From assembly GCA_030265395.1 (NCBI GenBank), contig JARFYF010000001.1, forward strand, positions 38,042,232 to 38,106,231: a stretch of DNA of 64,000 bases, read 5' to 3'. The translations under genes and the position numbers were made by a program. Below are positions 24,990 to 38,745 of the stretch, in pieces; within the stretch, counting starts at the first letter, position 1; the number at the start of each line of letters is the position of its first letter. The notes beneath the pieces are model-generated. The model saw nothing but the letters and a program-made list of their open reading frames with translations, was not told the DNA's origin and ran no database searches. This stretch comes from Rhina ancylostomus (Eukaryota).

Positions 24990-25510
24990 CAATCCAAGGC
25001 CCTACTGGAAAAGGGTGATACTACAGATGAAACTTAAACTGCAGACTTGGCTAAGAGACTAGTTTGCATCACTATTCACAGTAGAGAAAATGGATAGCAT
25101 CCTACACATCACAAGGAAACTAAAACCTTCTGTCTTTTGATTCAGTGTAAGCAAAATATGTGGTGAAGAAATTATCAGAAATAAAATATGCAAAATAACT
25201 AGAACTAGATGGTTTGTATCCCAAGAGCTTAAAAGGAAGTAGATAGGTTTATTGTAGATATTCCATGTATAATCTTCCAAAGTATCACCATTCAGGAACT
25301 GTTCAAATCCACTGGAAAATCCTGCATGCCACCATGTTATTTTAAGAAAAGTGAGCAAAAGAAACCAGGGAATTATAGAGTATTGCCCTAATATTTGTTA
25401 TCAGAAAATCATTGTTCTGTAATTAATAAGAGTGGATGTTCGCCTTGAAAACTACCATTAACCAGAGAGAGCCAGCAACGATTTGTAGCGGGCAAGTCCT
25501 GGAGATTTTG
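24990..25510 (+). mobile_element. Old CR1 ORF2 fragment
   Basis: ctggaaaatcctgcatgccaccatgttattttaagaaaagtgagcaaaagaaaccagggaattatag resembles a decayed W+.anv.PlFKKG....pGNYR. Confidence 0.6.
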
Positions 25511-25811
25511 TATATTGCGAGGACAGGAGTTACATTTGTCTGATTGCAGTGAAGGTGGGAAAGAGGGAGACACATCCTGGCCTAACAACAGTGATGGAAA
25601 ATCCCTCGCCAACTAGGTTTGCCTATTCTAATTTCCCTTCAGCTGATAGGTTTCCCATGCCTGATAAAGTTTCAAAGACATAGTTTCATTAACAAATTTA
25701 AATCACAGGTCTATCTCGAGATTTAAGTCACTCAGGCTTGGCAGCACCCATCCTCGCATACTGCACCAGCCAACATCTTTGTTGTTTTAAAAGCAACTGT
25801 CTGTTAAAACA

Positions 25812-25925
25812 CATTGCAGACATTGGAAATATGAAAGCTAAAAATGCTGGAAACACTTAGCAGGTCAGGTAGCATCTATGGAAATACAGACAATGTTTCA
25901 GAATGAAGATCCTTTGTCAGAGTTG
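25812..25925 (-). mobile_element. Solo Penelope-type arm
   Basis: aatgctggaaacacttagcaggtcaggtagcatctatggaa matches the arm family. Confidence 0.65.
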
Positions 25926-26922
25926 AAAATGTACAGCTGAGAGAATAGGATGGATGATTGGATCTAATGTCCATGACAACAGAAAGAGCTAGAATAGGAT
26001 GGATTTGCTTCCAAAATGCACTTCTGAAGGCTACCTGAAATGGCAGGTCAATGTTTTTGTCAGAATGAATCATTTATTTTACTCTTGCAGCAAGAAGAGT
26101 TAATTAGAATCTCTTTTGACTTTTGACCCACTGTGTAATTAAGGTTAAAAACCAGAACCCCATTCTGCTGAATTTCTGGCCAGCACTTTTCCTTTGGCTG
26201 TAACTTTCCCACCCCATCGCTGTCAATCTCCCAAATCACCAGTTTGCAGAATGATGTGCTTGCTGAATTTGGGCAAGTGCTTGAGCAAAAATCATGTTTA
26301 GGGTCCAAAGATGTTAATGTGGCACCAGATGGTATTTTAAAATCAGGCCCTGAGTGATTAAGCAGCCATGACTTTCCAATTGCCCGAAACAGGGGGCAGT
26401 TACTGATAAGGATGAAGAGGCCCTCAAGCTAAATGAAGTAAATTTTCTTTGTGGGTTCAGGAGATGTTCCTTTAGGTCACACTTGGATTCCCCTGGCAGG
26501 GACATAACCACAGCAGCTGCAATTCTAAAATGTTCCAAAGTGCTTTGTCAACAAGGAATCATAATAAGGGTGCTTTGTGTGTGCAATATGTCTCTACATT
26601 TTCACCTTCAGTTACATTTATTATGCAATCCAAATAGGATAACAAAATATTTTTTAAAAAAGTTTAAAATCCTAATTGTTTACTGGCCCAATCTTCAGCC
26701 AAAAATGTGTGTTTCGACAAGTCCAAGTCCTAAGTTACTGCCGCCTCCTTTCCTTCATTATGCAGGTACCTCAATACCTTTAACCACAGAATGCATTCTT
26801 GTGAATTAGAATGAATAAAAACTACTGGGTTGAATGCCCTTAAAATGACCCAACTACTTCCAAGTATAATACAGGTACTGGTGCTGAAACAGTTAACTTT
26901 CTTTAAGGTGATATATACCTAC

Positions 26923-27087
26923 CTGTCTCAACATCCTTGCACTCAGCACCACATATATATTCTTTGCCAGTGTCTGGATCTGTGCTTTTCAGGAGCTTCA
27001 CCGCTTCAACATAATTGGCTATGGCAGCACCATACCTGGCAGCAGTGAGAGCGATCACAAGGTTCATTCGTGCATCATTGTGTTGTC
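26923..27087 (-). CDS. GPD2: GPD2 exon 7, 165 nt: (G)QHNDARMNLVIALTAARYGAAIANYVEAVKLLKSTDPDTGKEYICGAECKDVET(G)
   Basis: Lies within ORF 26903..27208. Acceptor ctgcag|GA, donor G|gtaggt. Confidence 0.97.
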
Positions 27088-29769
27088 CTGCAGCAGGGGA
27101 CAGATTCCGAGGGAAAGCATGAGTCACCTCAAGCCACTGACTTGTGGTATGGAAGTGTGTCAGAATAGATCTGTCACATCTGTCCCTGTCAGATTTCATA
27201 TATCTCATTTTCAGCCAAGACTTAGAACAATAATTCTAAGACTAATTTACAACGCTCTCTACTTTAAAGGCTTGAGTGTTAATTAACATCCCCTATAATT
27301 CATACAACATGAAAAGGATTTCCATAAAGCAGCAATTTTGCATTGTGACTTATATACAAATACTTCCAGTTTCAGAAAATCAGCAGTGATTTAGACCCCA
27401 GGTCAAAGGTCATAAGTCCTTCAATTTAAAGTAAGGGTTTTAAAAGGTGACAAATGAACAAAGCCTAATTTCATGAGGAAGTGATTCTTATGTACATCAT
27501 TAAAGATTTATTGCAAAAAAAAATCCCTGATAAAAGAGAGCAGAGAATGGAGATGATTAATCACATTTAATGTCTGTGTCTTGAGGGATTTCTTCTATTT
27601 ATTATTGCGACTGAAGTTAAAATCATGAATATTGTGCTGTGAGCAAAATTGTTCTGCATTGCAGGGGCACAGACTCTGTGTGCCCTGAATTTAAAATGAC
27701 TAGGGGCCAGGAACTGGTAATAAGGTTAATGCTACCACAAGCTAACAGCAATTTTAGCAACCATCTCATGAAAGATGAAGGGCAGTTTTTGCAATCAACA
27801 GCCAGTAATACTAACTGCTGCAACACTCAGTTAACATGCAGGGCATAAAATTATTTTTAGCTATTAATTCAGAATAGAAAGAAATACTTATTGGACCAAA
27901 GGACAGAGCCTTTCTGTTAAACTGATTGAAATTTGTTGCAGCCTTTCAAGTAATCTTTTAATAACAACAATCCTTTATGGAAAAGATGCAAAAGGAACGT
28001 ACATTGACTTGAATTAAGACAACATACACAAGATATGCATACTTTTAAATCCTCTTAAACATTTGTTCCACAAATACATTGAAATGATCAATGATTAGAG
28101 TCACTTTAATCTTCAAATACCAAAATTGGAAGTTTCATCTGTAACCCATAAGCAATTATCAATGATCATTTCAAACTAAAATCGCAACTATTTTTCTTTC
28201 TTATTTTATACTTCTATCCAATTAAAGTCATAAACCTTGAAAACCACAAACTCTGCTCCTTTTTCAGAAAATTCAAATCGCTAACCTCTGGTCATACTAT
28301 TCGAACAAGTAATCTTGTTAAATAAATAAAACTGAACATATTTAAAGGTTCAGTAAGCCGGATAGCAAAGATTTCTCATGCAGCACTCTAACAAAACATA
28401 TAGCACGGCTACACACACAGCCATCAAGTCAGTGAGCAAAGCCAATTTAATCTGTAGTTCCCCCTGAGGTAAGCGTAGTTCAGTGTCCTGCCCCCACTCA
28501 GCCTCAGCCATAATCCCCATTTCCTAAAGGAAGAGTGTGCATTGAAGTGAAGAAAATTCTGCACTGGAATAAAACGATCTAAAATGACAGGGACAATAAT
28601 GACAATGAATTTCATGTCTCCAAGTCATGAGCCTGCAATGCTTGACTGGGCTGACTTGTCCAATTAAATTGTTGCAGGTACGGCAGGAGACACAGTTATC
28701 ATCTGCATGCTTGTGGGGATGGCTCCTCTGGGCTGGTGAACTGTTGTGGAATGCAAAGCGCTTCTGTTTTGTTACAAGAAGACAACCCAAAGGCTCCAAT
28801 GCACATATCTAAGCACAGGAATATACTTCCTGGCAAAGACAAGAAGACTGTCTGGTAAGATTGCTTAAGCCCCACATCATAAAGAACTGATCTACCAAGA
28901 AAAGCGCATCCAAATACCAAGAAACGTTCCCATGGCTTCAGAATAATATGTCTTCTTCAATATTCCTTCAGCTGCATGAATGAATCTGACAGATCACTGC
29001 TCAGATTTCAGTCACATTCCATAAAAAAATATGTTGCCTTTTCCCTTCCAAGAGAATCTGGATATCAACAAATGCTAAATGAAGTTTGACAAGTACCCCT
29101 AAGAAATAAAGTAGTGAGTTTGCGGCTACAAAGGAAATCTTGACTAAATGGGACATGCTGTATACACCCAGGCTAACAACTAACATATGGTTTGCTTTTC
29201 TTATGCCAACATAGAGCACATCTACCCTGCAGAAAAGTAGATTCTTGCACTAGAATCTGGCCTTTGAATGTTTGAGCTTGTATTCAAAACTTTCTGTGAA
29301 AGCTTAAACTATTCCATTTATGCTAGGTTGGACATCGGTATTTCATCTCTCTTGTACTACATTCCCCATGCGTTCACCAGGACACGAGTTCAACTCAAAT
29401 ATACATTCAGGCACACTGGATCTTCTGGCATAACCCATGAGCCTTTTTGCTATGAATCCAATGCATCTGGATGCAGAGTCAGGACACCTCCCCCAGAGAC
29501 CCTTCCCATAAAATGTTTTCAATTGAAACTTGACCCAGTCCTTAAATGGAGGAGAGCTTTCAGAAAACTAATACAATGATACACTTGTTAACTATAGCAA
29601 GGCCATGTCAGAAAAGGGAAAAAAGTTCACAGTAAAGCCTGTCAGGTACTGGGATGGGATGGAGAAAACCTGCACTGTGCCATGCTTGACCTGGAAACAA
29701 ACCAGTTTGCAGTTCTGAGGTCAGTTTCCTCAAGTGTAGTGATGTTACCTTGGTCCACCTCCCTTAACA

Positions 29770-30300
29770 GCCTTTGTATTATCAGACTGCATTATCTAAA
29801 TCTAATGTCAGGTGAATCACTATTTCCTCCAGCTAAACAATGAGAAGTTAAAAATTATCATTTTCTGTCATGGACTTCATATACCTGCCACCAACTCCAT
29901 TCCTCTCCTCATTTCTCAAACTGTTTTCTTGTTTATCTTAATTCATTGTGCTATGAACACAAGCAAAGCTTTCAATCCCAAATATTCTACATCACAAAGA
30001 CCACATAGTTGCACATTTTAACATCATGTATCTGTGGACCTGTCTCACCTGCTGAGGTGGCTGGGATATGGCATCTGTGATGGAAGACAATGATTGCGGT
30101 TTTATTCCATGTACCACAGCTCATCAAAAAAAAAATCAGCACCCAATTCCTGTCCTGCCCACTTATCATACTACCCTATGGCCCCCACCTGTCCACCAGA
30201 CTTCTGAAAGACTCAGATTTCTTCATGGCCTCAGCATTCCCTATCTATAGAACTCACTCTAGCCTGAAAATCCCCCGATTCCAATCTTTTGTGAATGGCA
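29770..30300 (+). mobile_element. Old L2/CR1-like LINE fragment
   Basis: Reads NHYFLQLNNEKLKIIIF, compared with the L2 motif nfLqLNxxKTe, and has a cctgtcctgcccact-type segment. Confidence 0.5.
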
Positions 30301-31405
30301 TGGAGCATTAGCAGACACAATGTCATGGTGTATTTCCTCCCCTTCCACCTGCAGCTACCATACGATTCAGGTTGCACAACTGCTTCTAACTCATTAGATC
30401 AAGCAGGCCATTTTCTGACGACCATAATAGTCCAAGGAATCATCAGGAAAACTTATCTACTTAAATCTCGTTGCATTTGGCTTTTTAGTGCTATGATATC
30501 TGGCATCATCATTTCAAGTTACATTGGCAAAGAGGGCACTGCAGCCAGGTACTGCTCTTTTGAGAACCATCTTGCTATGCAAATTATCTAATTCTTCAGC
30601 AATATTCTTGGAATAAGCAAGCACTGAGAGCATAGTTAACTTAATAATTTCAAACTGCATTTTAAACTAGTTTCCTAGACAGTGAAAATGAGTTTCTGTT
30701 ATCCTATACACTGTCCTGAAATGGAAACATTCTTAAATCTTGTTTGTGCTCATATGCTGGAGTCCACTTTATGACTAATAAGTCTGCTATTGCTTCTAAA
30801 AGCTCCAGATCGGCAACACATCATAATTTTCAATTATCTCTTAATAACAAAATGATTCCTAACAGTTATAGGAACCAGGGTCTGAATGTTAGCCCAGAGA
30901 TGAATTCTTACAGGAGAGTCAAGCCAAGTAACCAGGAATGGATTTCCCTGAGCTTCCTGTAGCTTTTCCAGTCAGAGTGCAACCCTTTCTTAACCTCCTC
31001 CAATTTCCCCATCTACAGTGGAGTGGAGATTTACTACATAAACTGCAATAGTGCGAAGCAAATATTCCTGCTCCTCTAGTGCAGGAGCAATAGCATTTAC
31101 ATTGTTGATTTAACCCTTATTTCTTCCCTTCAGCTGCTAGGTATCATAAGCCTGATACATTTGGCCAACACAACTTCAAACAGACTCACTGTTAAAAGGG
31201 CACTTTCTAAAATCATTAGTTAGAAGCAGAAACAAGCAAAATTAGGTCTGGTTGACCACCAAATCCAGATCTTTGGAATTTTATTCTCTGATTTGGCACC
31301 AGACCATCCTTTTTTTTGGGGGGGGGGGAAAAAAGAGGGGCAGGGGAGTTAAAATTCATCCAAGAGTTTGTGTTCTGTGGGGCATCTTTACTCTTATTTC
31401 TTGTG

Positions 31406-31743
31406 CAGGGGTTCCCCAAATTATGGATGACCTGACTTATGAAAATCCAACTTCATGAAATTCTCCCATATGTTTTTAAGGCATTTTAAAGATGGCAATA
31501 ATAATAATAATATTAAAATGTTTCATGGTTTTCCATTAATGACTGGATACAGTATACATTCCATTAGTTTAACTATGGGTAGAATTAGAGAGACTATTCA
31601 ATGAAATGAAAGATTTATAGCAAGTGTATGTATAACAATACGATATGGGTTATTATAGATTACAGACTTTTCTGGTTTACAGAGAAATTGGTTTACGGAC
31701 AGTTTTCAGGGGCAGAACCCTTGTGTAATCTGGGGAATGCCTG
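31406..31743. mobile_element. Tc1/mariner-pogo (Tigger-like) MITE
   Basis: Imperfect TIRs caggggttccccaaatta and (reverse complement) caggcattccccagatta, with TA on the right flank. A related end occurs at 63850-63925. Confidence 0.55.
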
Positions 31744-31968
31744 TACTTGACACAAATTATACTTAAGATTCTTTAGGGCTGATAGACTTTAATATGCAAT
31801 AACTGTAACGTGAAAATACTTGCCTTGAGTGCTTGAATATCGATAGCTTTAAAAAAAATCTTAAAAAGCCACTAATGTTAATCTTGTGCAAGCACCAAGT
31901 CTATTTTTCTGATTCCCCTTTGACAGATATTTAAAGCCCTTTAGACATAATTAAATTAAAATGGTTAC

Positions 31969-32132
31969 CATCATAGTACACAACAGCTCCTAGAAGCTTT
32001 TCTTTTTTCAGCATAGGGAATAGTTCCAGAGCTCTTGACTTGGTAAGGATGTAACTGCTTGTCAAACACTGACTTCCAGCCACAAAATCATACATCTTTA
32101 TCCCAGCCCAGTAATAAGGCAAGTGCCACCAC
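31969..32132 (-). CDS. GPD2: GPD2 exon 6, 164 nt: WWHLPYYWAGIKMYDFVAGSQCLTSSYILTKSRALELFPMLKKEKLLGAVVYYD(G)
   Basis: Overlaps ORF 31931..32122. Acceptor aatag|G, donor G|gtaacc. Confidence 0.97.
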
Positions 32133-34254
32133 CTATTTAGATAAAAATAATGGAGACTGTGATAAATTGAAATGCAAACCCTTCACAAACATTCAAATGT
32201 AAATATACTGTGAATTAGTGTGTAGTTTCATTGAACAATGCTACAGGATTTATCAACACATTGAGGTATCATTTTAGCAATTACTAGAAAAACTGGATAA
32301 TTTGTCTTAATATATGGATTTTTGTTAACAGTATTTTTATTGAATGCGAGGCTGCCCAATGGATTTACAATGCAGTATTGAATTAAAACTCTGTTTGCAG
32401 GCATAAATATACCACAATCTAGCAATTTTTAAACTTACATGAAGCAGTAACAAATTGATTTTGTTTTCTTTATACAGCATTTCCTGTAGCCAAAATTTCA
32501 AGTATTCATTTTTGGTTTTATGTTGTACAAATTTCATTTATCATTACAAGCTGTGTATTATATTTAAGGTCCCCAGTAATTCTCTGTTGGACACATAAAT
32601 TCCCAAAGGTGTTTTATCTCATCAATATGATTTCCAGAATCTCAAATAAAATTAACAATTGTCTCCCAGCATCTACATTTGGTAGTTCTACCTTTCCCAA
32701 TAACATTGTGCAAATTACAGTATGTCCATTGTTCAACAAACGCACTATTAACCCCAAATTTCTGATTTTTCCCCACCAGAGCTTTTGGAATGAGCCGACT
32801 TTCACCTGTCCTCAGTACTAGTGGCATATTCAAACAAAAATAATTCAGGAAGAGGAATTGGTTGCTGTATCAGTATTTTGTACAGTGTCTGCCGTTACAT
32901 CTACATCAAACTCAAAAAAAAATGCTTCCTGTAATTGTTTTAAAAAAAAGTAGCAATGTCTTGAACACACACCTTAGGACTGTAATTTTGCATCAAGTAC
33001 TGAAGCAAGGAAGGCTAATCAGTGCAAGGCAGTCTGCAGTCATTCCAGAGAGAAAACACAAAGCTGTGCCAGCAGAGCTGATCTGCCTTTTCAGATAATT
33101 GCTTCTAGAGCTTTTGCACATCTGAATTTATGAAAATGACTACTGTTTTTCAATTACTTCCAGAACTTACATAATCTATTGCTCAGTTGAGCTAAACTTT
33201 ATACTCCATATTAATTACTAATCTCAAGTTTTTTGATCAGCAGTTTGATATAGCCAGAGTTAATTAATTTCAAAGAGAATTAATATTGCTGACAAAACAA
33301 TATAGATTAGAAAATTTAATTTCACAGCCTACATAAATCCACCTTTTTAAAGTAATACAGGGCAAACTCGATGTAACGCAAGAATCAGGGGACAACTTTA
33401 ACACCCGATTTATAAGTACACTAACATTCATCCAATTTCTGTTTGGGGAACATGATAAATATCTGTTATATCTGAAACCATAATACAAGGTGCCTCAATA
33501 TTGAAGATGCACTGTATACTCTGTATAAATAAACAGTTGTGTAATTTAGGAATCAATTTCTTGACATATAGAAGCAAGAAATAAATTCAGCAAATGTTTT
33601 GTAATCTGGCCTGGTGGACAATTATCCTCTATCGTGCCATGAAAACTCCTTCAGACTTTTTTTCAAAGCAGCAAAATTAGTTACCCCAGAAATAAAGCAC
33701 AAAGATTTGTTTAAGACAAAGAGCACCATTTCCTGTTGTACTGTAAAGATCACATTTCAAAGATTAAATTTTAGTTCATTGTTTTGTCTCATCCTATAAT
33801 CTCCTCCACAGCAAAAAAAATTAATGTTTATACATTGCGTTTCATCATTGTGCTCCACTCAACATGGTTTTGAGGCTGTCTTCATGGTACTACACATCTT
33901 AATTCCTGAAAGTCCCAGGTGATACTGGTGACTAAGAAAATTACCCTGAAGCACGAGTCTTCCTTTACTCAAAGTTCTTTCAGGCTTTACAGTACAGCCT
34001 GTTTTAGTAACATTATTGGTTTTAAAATCCCATCTGTGCCAAAATGAAGGATGAGAGATAAGTAATCTCCCCTTTTCTTACATTAAATGATTGTTGACTC
34101 CTTTGTCAGTGGTGCACCTGACCAAGTGAATGACGTCAGCAGCAAAGAAATTGTCATGGATGGAACGAAATTCTAATAGTAACACTTTGAATTCTACTGA
34201 CAGCAAAAAGGTGAGCAGAAGCTAAGCAGTGATATGAACAGACATATAAATAAC

Positions 34255-34430
34255 TAGAAATACAAACTGAAAATGCTGGAAACATTCAGATCAGGCAGCA
34301 TTAGTGAAAAGCAAAACGTTTCAGGCTGAAGGCACCATCAGAACTAGGACAAATGCTGCCTGACTGGTTGAGTGTTCCCAATTATTTTCTGCTTTTGCTT
34401 CAGATTTCTAGCATCTGCATTTTTTTTGAT
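34255..34430. mobile_element. Fold-back Penelope-arm element
   Basis: aaatgctggaaacattcagatcaggcagcatt pairs with aatgctgcctgactggttgagtgttccca. Confidence 0.7.
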
Positions 34431-34864
34431 TTTCAAATGAACAACCAGAGCAGAACAAAAAGTCATCAGTAAAAGGAGCCCATGAAGATCATGTTTACTC
34501 CTTAGGACCACTGTCTCTTTGAGACAAAAAAGACCCTCTCCACAATATAATGCTGGAAATACCTCAACCCAATCTTGAGAACTCTATTCAGTGAGCCACC
34601 ATAAAGGCAGCATGCATTTTAACTGAATGAGGGCAGATCTAAAATGGAGGCCAAAATCCAAGCTTCACCAGTCAATGGCTCTAAACCTCTGTTGCTTGTA
34701 TCCTAACTTCAACATTTCAGCTCATCAATCACCAACATGATTGCTGATCTCTATGGGATCCTGATTCCCCCAAGTACTTTCAATTTAAAATTCCCCACAC
34801 ACGTCTCAGTGAAAACACATGATTTTTCTATCATTTATCAACGTCATTCACTTGGTCACATGCA

Positions 34865-35550
34865 ACACTGACAAAGGAGGTGGTACTGGGCAAACCCATG
34901 GCAGCTGAAGTTTAATATGGAGAAATGTAAAGTAATAGATTCTAGGAGGAAGGAGGAGGAGAGGCAATGTAGAATAAAGGACATTATTCCAAAAAAAAAC
35001 TGTGCAAGAGTAAAGAATCCTGGGAGTATAAATTGCGTAAATCATTGAAAGTGGCCAGGCAGCTTGAGAAACCAGTTACTAAGGCAAAGATATTTCCGGG
35101 CTATATGAACAGAAGCATAGATATAAAAGCAGAGAAGTCATGCTGAAACTTTAAAAAATAATGGTCTGTCCTAAACAGTAATTCTGGTTGCCTCATTATA
35201 GGAAGGATGTGACAGCATTAGAGGGTCCAAAAAAAGATTTATACTAATGGTTCCTGAGAATGATGGACCATACTTACAATGACAGATCAGGAGGCTGTGC
35301 CTGTTTTCTTTGAAGAGAAGGCCAAGTGGAGATACGATGGAAGTGCATAAAATTATAAGAGGTCTCGACAGAGTGAATTGTCAGAAGCCGCTTCCTTTCG
35401 TGGACAGGAGGGTAAAGTGGAAGAGAATTCAGAACCTGCAGGGTCCATTGTGGCCTGCAACGTTTCCAAGGCTACAGAGAAGGATGTGAGGTGAAACCAA
35501 TAGGTTGCTCTGGTAGGGAGCCAGCACAGTCACAAACCATTCAACGATTC
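34865..35550 (+). mobile_element. Old CR1 3' fragment
   Basis: tggcagctgaagtttaatatggagaaatgtaaagtaat (WQlkFN.eKCKV) and ttctggttgcctcattataggaaggatgtg (FW.PhYRKDV). Confidence 0.75.
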
Positions 35551-36333
35551 TTTGTTCAAATCTCAAGGCCACATCCCTCCATATCCTTATATCCAGAACC
35601 TGCAGCCACTACTATGTAGTGTGTTTACAACTGCTGTCAAGGGTTAAGTATCTAGGTGCAAGTCAACTCTGACTGCAAAGTCATCTCCCACTCCCATCAC
35701 CCTTCATATTGGTGGTTGTGCTGTCAACTGTCTAAGCCAAAAGTCAGCATTCTATATGCTTTGCCTGCAAAAGATGATGGCAATAGACAGTTCAATGGAA
35801 CCCTTCCTCAGAAAATGTTAACAGAGTTCTCCTTCAAAGAGTTTGAAGGGACATTTCTCTACCTGTATTCGTAATTTCCTACGAATCCGTAACACAGGAT
35901 GAGGCTGCCCCAGGAATCCACCATTTTAGTGGCAATCTTTCTTCAAAGCACACTGCAGGCAATACAGTGGTTCCCTTTCAAAGTGTCACACTATTCATGA
36001 ATACGGGCTATGAAAATACAGAATGTGGGCCCTTAAACTATTTTGCAAGGAATAAATAGGACTGCAATTTAACCAACACAAAGCTGTTAGGAACTCCACT
36101 GCTATTATAGACGAGAGTAGAACTTTGGGTATTTAAACAATTGCAAGTTAGATTAATACAATGGCAGGAAAAAATTCTTCCACCTATCAACAAGATTAAC
36201 CTTACTTGTTAAAACTACACGAACTTCCTTATAGCATTTCACAATTAACTGGTATACTATTGAGGAATATTTCAACAGCAAACAAAAAGCAAAATCCCCA
36301 CGTGGCATTTTTGCTATATTAAGGAATACTTAC

Positions 36334-36431
36334 TTGTAAAGAGGAAGCATTATAGGCAATTGTCTTGCAATATGCGGAGCAACTTCAAGCAAATTGGCAC
36401 GTTCCCGTAGTGATTCTCTCACCAGTTTATA
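36334..36431 (-). CDS. GPD2: GPD2 exon 5, 98 nt: YKLVRESLRERANLLEVAPHIARQLPIMLPLY(K)
   Basis: Translated by hand. Acceptor tttatag|TAT, donor AA|gtaagt. The preceding intron is 193 nt. Confidence 0.95.
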
Positions 36432-36624
36432 CTATAAAAATGAAAATAATTGAAAGTTACAAATATTGTTAATATAATTTCTTGATTCTAAAATCTGAAA
36501 AGATCAATTAGTGGCTTATCAACTAATAATGTATATTCATCTCCTGATAATAAGAAATAGTACAAATTATTGGAATAAATAAAGGCATGCTTATTTTAGC
36601 CCAAGTTACGTTCATTCTTTATAC

Positions 36625-36749
36625 CTGTTCATAATCTAAATTTGTGAATGCTTTCTGTAGATATCGTACTCCTCCATGGATAAGTTTAGTGCTTTTGCTA
36701 CTTGTCCCAGAAGAGAAGTCCTCTCTCTCTATCAGTGCAGTTTTGAGAC
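36625..36749 (-). CDS. GPD2: GPD2 exon 4, 125 nt: (G)[41 protein letters not shown]
   Basis: Lies within ORF 36619..36822. Acceptor cctag|GT, donor CAG|gtataa. Confidence 0.97.
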
Positions 36750-37504
36750 CTAGGAAGATGAAAAATAATTCTCTGTAACTTTTTCTCAATTTCTCTATTT
36801 GTACAATATTGCAGAAAGTCATTTAAAATAACAATGTCTTTTCTCCCAATGAAGCCTGCCATTACCAAACCAGAAATCACCCACAAAATGGGGCATACAG
36901 CTTCCAGTATCCAGTGACCACATGTATGGCCCAGGTACATTGTCAACACAGATGTACAGGGATAAAGGGAAGGGAACCTAATCATGAATCTTCTGCAACT
37001 GAAGTGCAGCAATTAGAACATTCTAGAGTTCAAAGGTCACCCTGCAGGAAGAGAAACTTGCGAAAAAAAAGGTTACCTTTGTATTTTCTGGAGACCAGTG
37101 CAGTATAGCAAGGTCTCAGCACAAGCCCCACCATTAGATTTCTTCATATACCATCCAACAGTGTAGGGAAGCATTGAAACAACTTCCCTTGCCCACTTAC
37201 TGAGACTACAGTCCAGAAACATGCATCACGGAAAACACAAAAATGGGAAGTTGAAAATCATATTAGTACAACATAATATAATTTTACACACAGTTATGGA
37301 TGTCACTGCTGTCATCTACTGATTTTTGGGCAAGATCTTTGCGTTCGCTAGCATTGTTTGTCTAGCTTCAAATATGCCAAAATGGCAATGCTCAAAATTC
37401 ATCAGCAGTAATATTGCCCACCATATGCAAAATAATAGTCACTATTCATTCACAACCTTCATAATCTTTACTGACATCAAAATCCCAGAAGTGAAGATGT
37501 TTAA

Positions 37505-37775
37505 AGGGTCAGCCATGGTAGTGGAGCAGTTAGCATAATGCTATTACAGTGCCAGCGAGCAGGGTTTGTACGTTCTCCCCGTGTCTGCATGTGTTCCCTC
37601 TGCGTGCTCTGGTTTCCTCCCACATTCCAAAGACATACAGGTTAGGAGCTGTGGGCATGCTATGTCAGTGCTGGAAGAGTGCCAACATTTGTGGGCTGCC
37701 CCCAGCATAGTTTCAGTAACGCAAATAGACGCATTTCACCATGTGCTTTGATGTACATATGACCGATAAGTAAAA
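37505..37775 (+). mobile_element. V-SINE (tRNA-derived head plus V-domain)
   Basis: Contains the V-domain tttgtacgttctccccgtgtctgcatgtgttccctctgcgtgctctggtttcctcccacattccaaagac. Confidence 0.8.
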
Positions 37776-37799
37776 TAATTTCTCTAAGAAACTATCAAC

Positions 37800-37822
37800 A
37801 AATAAATAAATAAATAAATAAA
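37800..37822 (+). repeat. (TAAA)n microsatellite, about 5.5 units
   Basis: aaataaataaataaataaataaa read directly. Confidence 0.9.
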
Positions 37823-37824
37823 TG

Positions 37825-38745
37825 CTAATGATTTGGATGAGAATGTAGAAAGCATGATTAACAAGTTTGCAGATGACACCAAGATTGTTTGTGTGGTGAA
37901 TGGTGAAGGTGGTTGTCTAAGGCTACAACAGGATCTAGATCAACTGGGAAAGTGAGCCAAGGAACAGTAGATAAAGTTTACCACTGACAAGTGTGAAATG
38001 ATGCATTTTAGGAAGTTAAACCAGGGTAGGACTTGTAGTGAATGACAGGGCTCTGGGAAGTGTTGTAGAACAAAGACCTAGGGATACAAGTACATAGCTC
38101 GCTGAAAGTAGAGTCACAGGTTGACCANNNNNNNNNNTGCTGAAGAACACATATATGGTATACTTGCCTTCATCGGACAGAGCACCGAGCACGAGAGTTG
38201 GGACACCTATGTTATAGCTGTACAAGACATTGATGAGATGGCACCTGGAATATTGTGTGCAGTTCCGGTAACCATACTATAGGAAGGATGTGATTAAACT
38301 AGAGAGGACACAAAATGGATTCACAAGGATGTTGCCGGGACTGGATGGCTTGAGTTATAAAAGACTAGATAGGCTGTGACCGTTTTCCCTGGAGCAAAAA
38401 AGGTTGAGGTGTGACCTTATAAATTTTATAAAATCATTATTATAAAGATAGATTTCCCCAGGGTAGGGGCGTCTAAGGACATGGGTTTAAGGTGAGAGGG
38501 GAACGAGTCAAGAGGATCTGAGGAGCAAATTTTTCCTACACAGAGGGTGGCAGATGCCAGAGAAAGTGGTAGCTGGGGGAACAATTACAATGTTTAAAAG
38601 ACATTTGGTCAGGTACATGGATAGAAAAGGGTTAGAGGGATTAGGGTCAAATGCAGGCAAATAGGACTAGCTCACAAAGGTACCTTGATCGGCATGGATC
38701 AGTTGGGCTGAATGGCCTGTTTCCGTACTGTATACTCTACAACTC
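37825..38745 (+). mobile_element. CR1-type LINE 3' portion of about 0.9 kb
   Basis: Reads NDLDENVESMINKFADDTKI and LEYCVQF. The 3' end is gggctgaatggcctgtttccgtactgtatactct. Confidence 0.9.

Noticed and set aside
37505-37570. tRNA-like sequence
   Set aside because: It is the degenerate head of a V-SINE with no complete cloverleaf.
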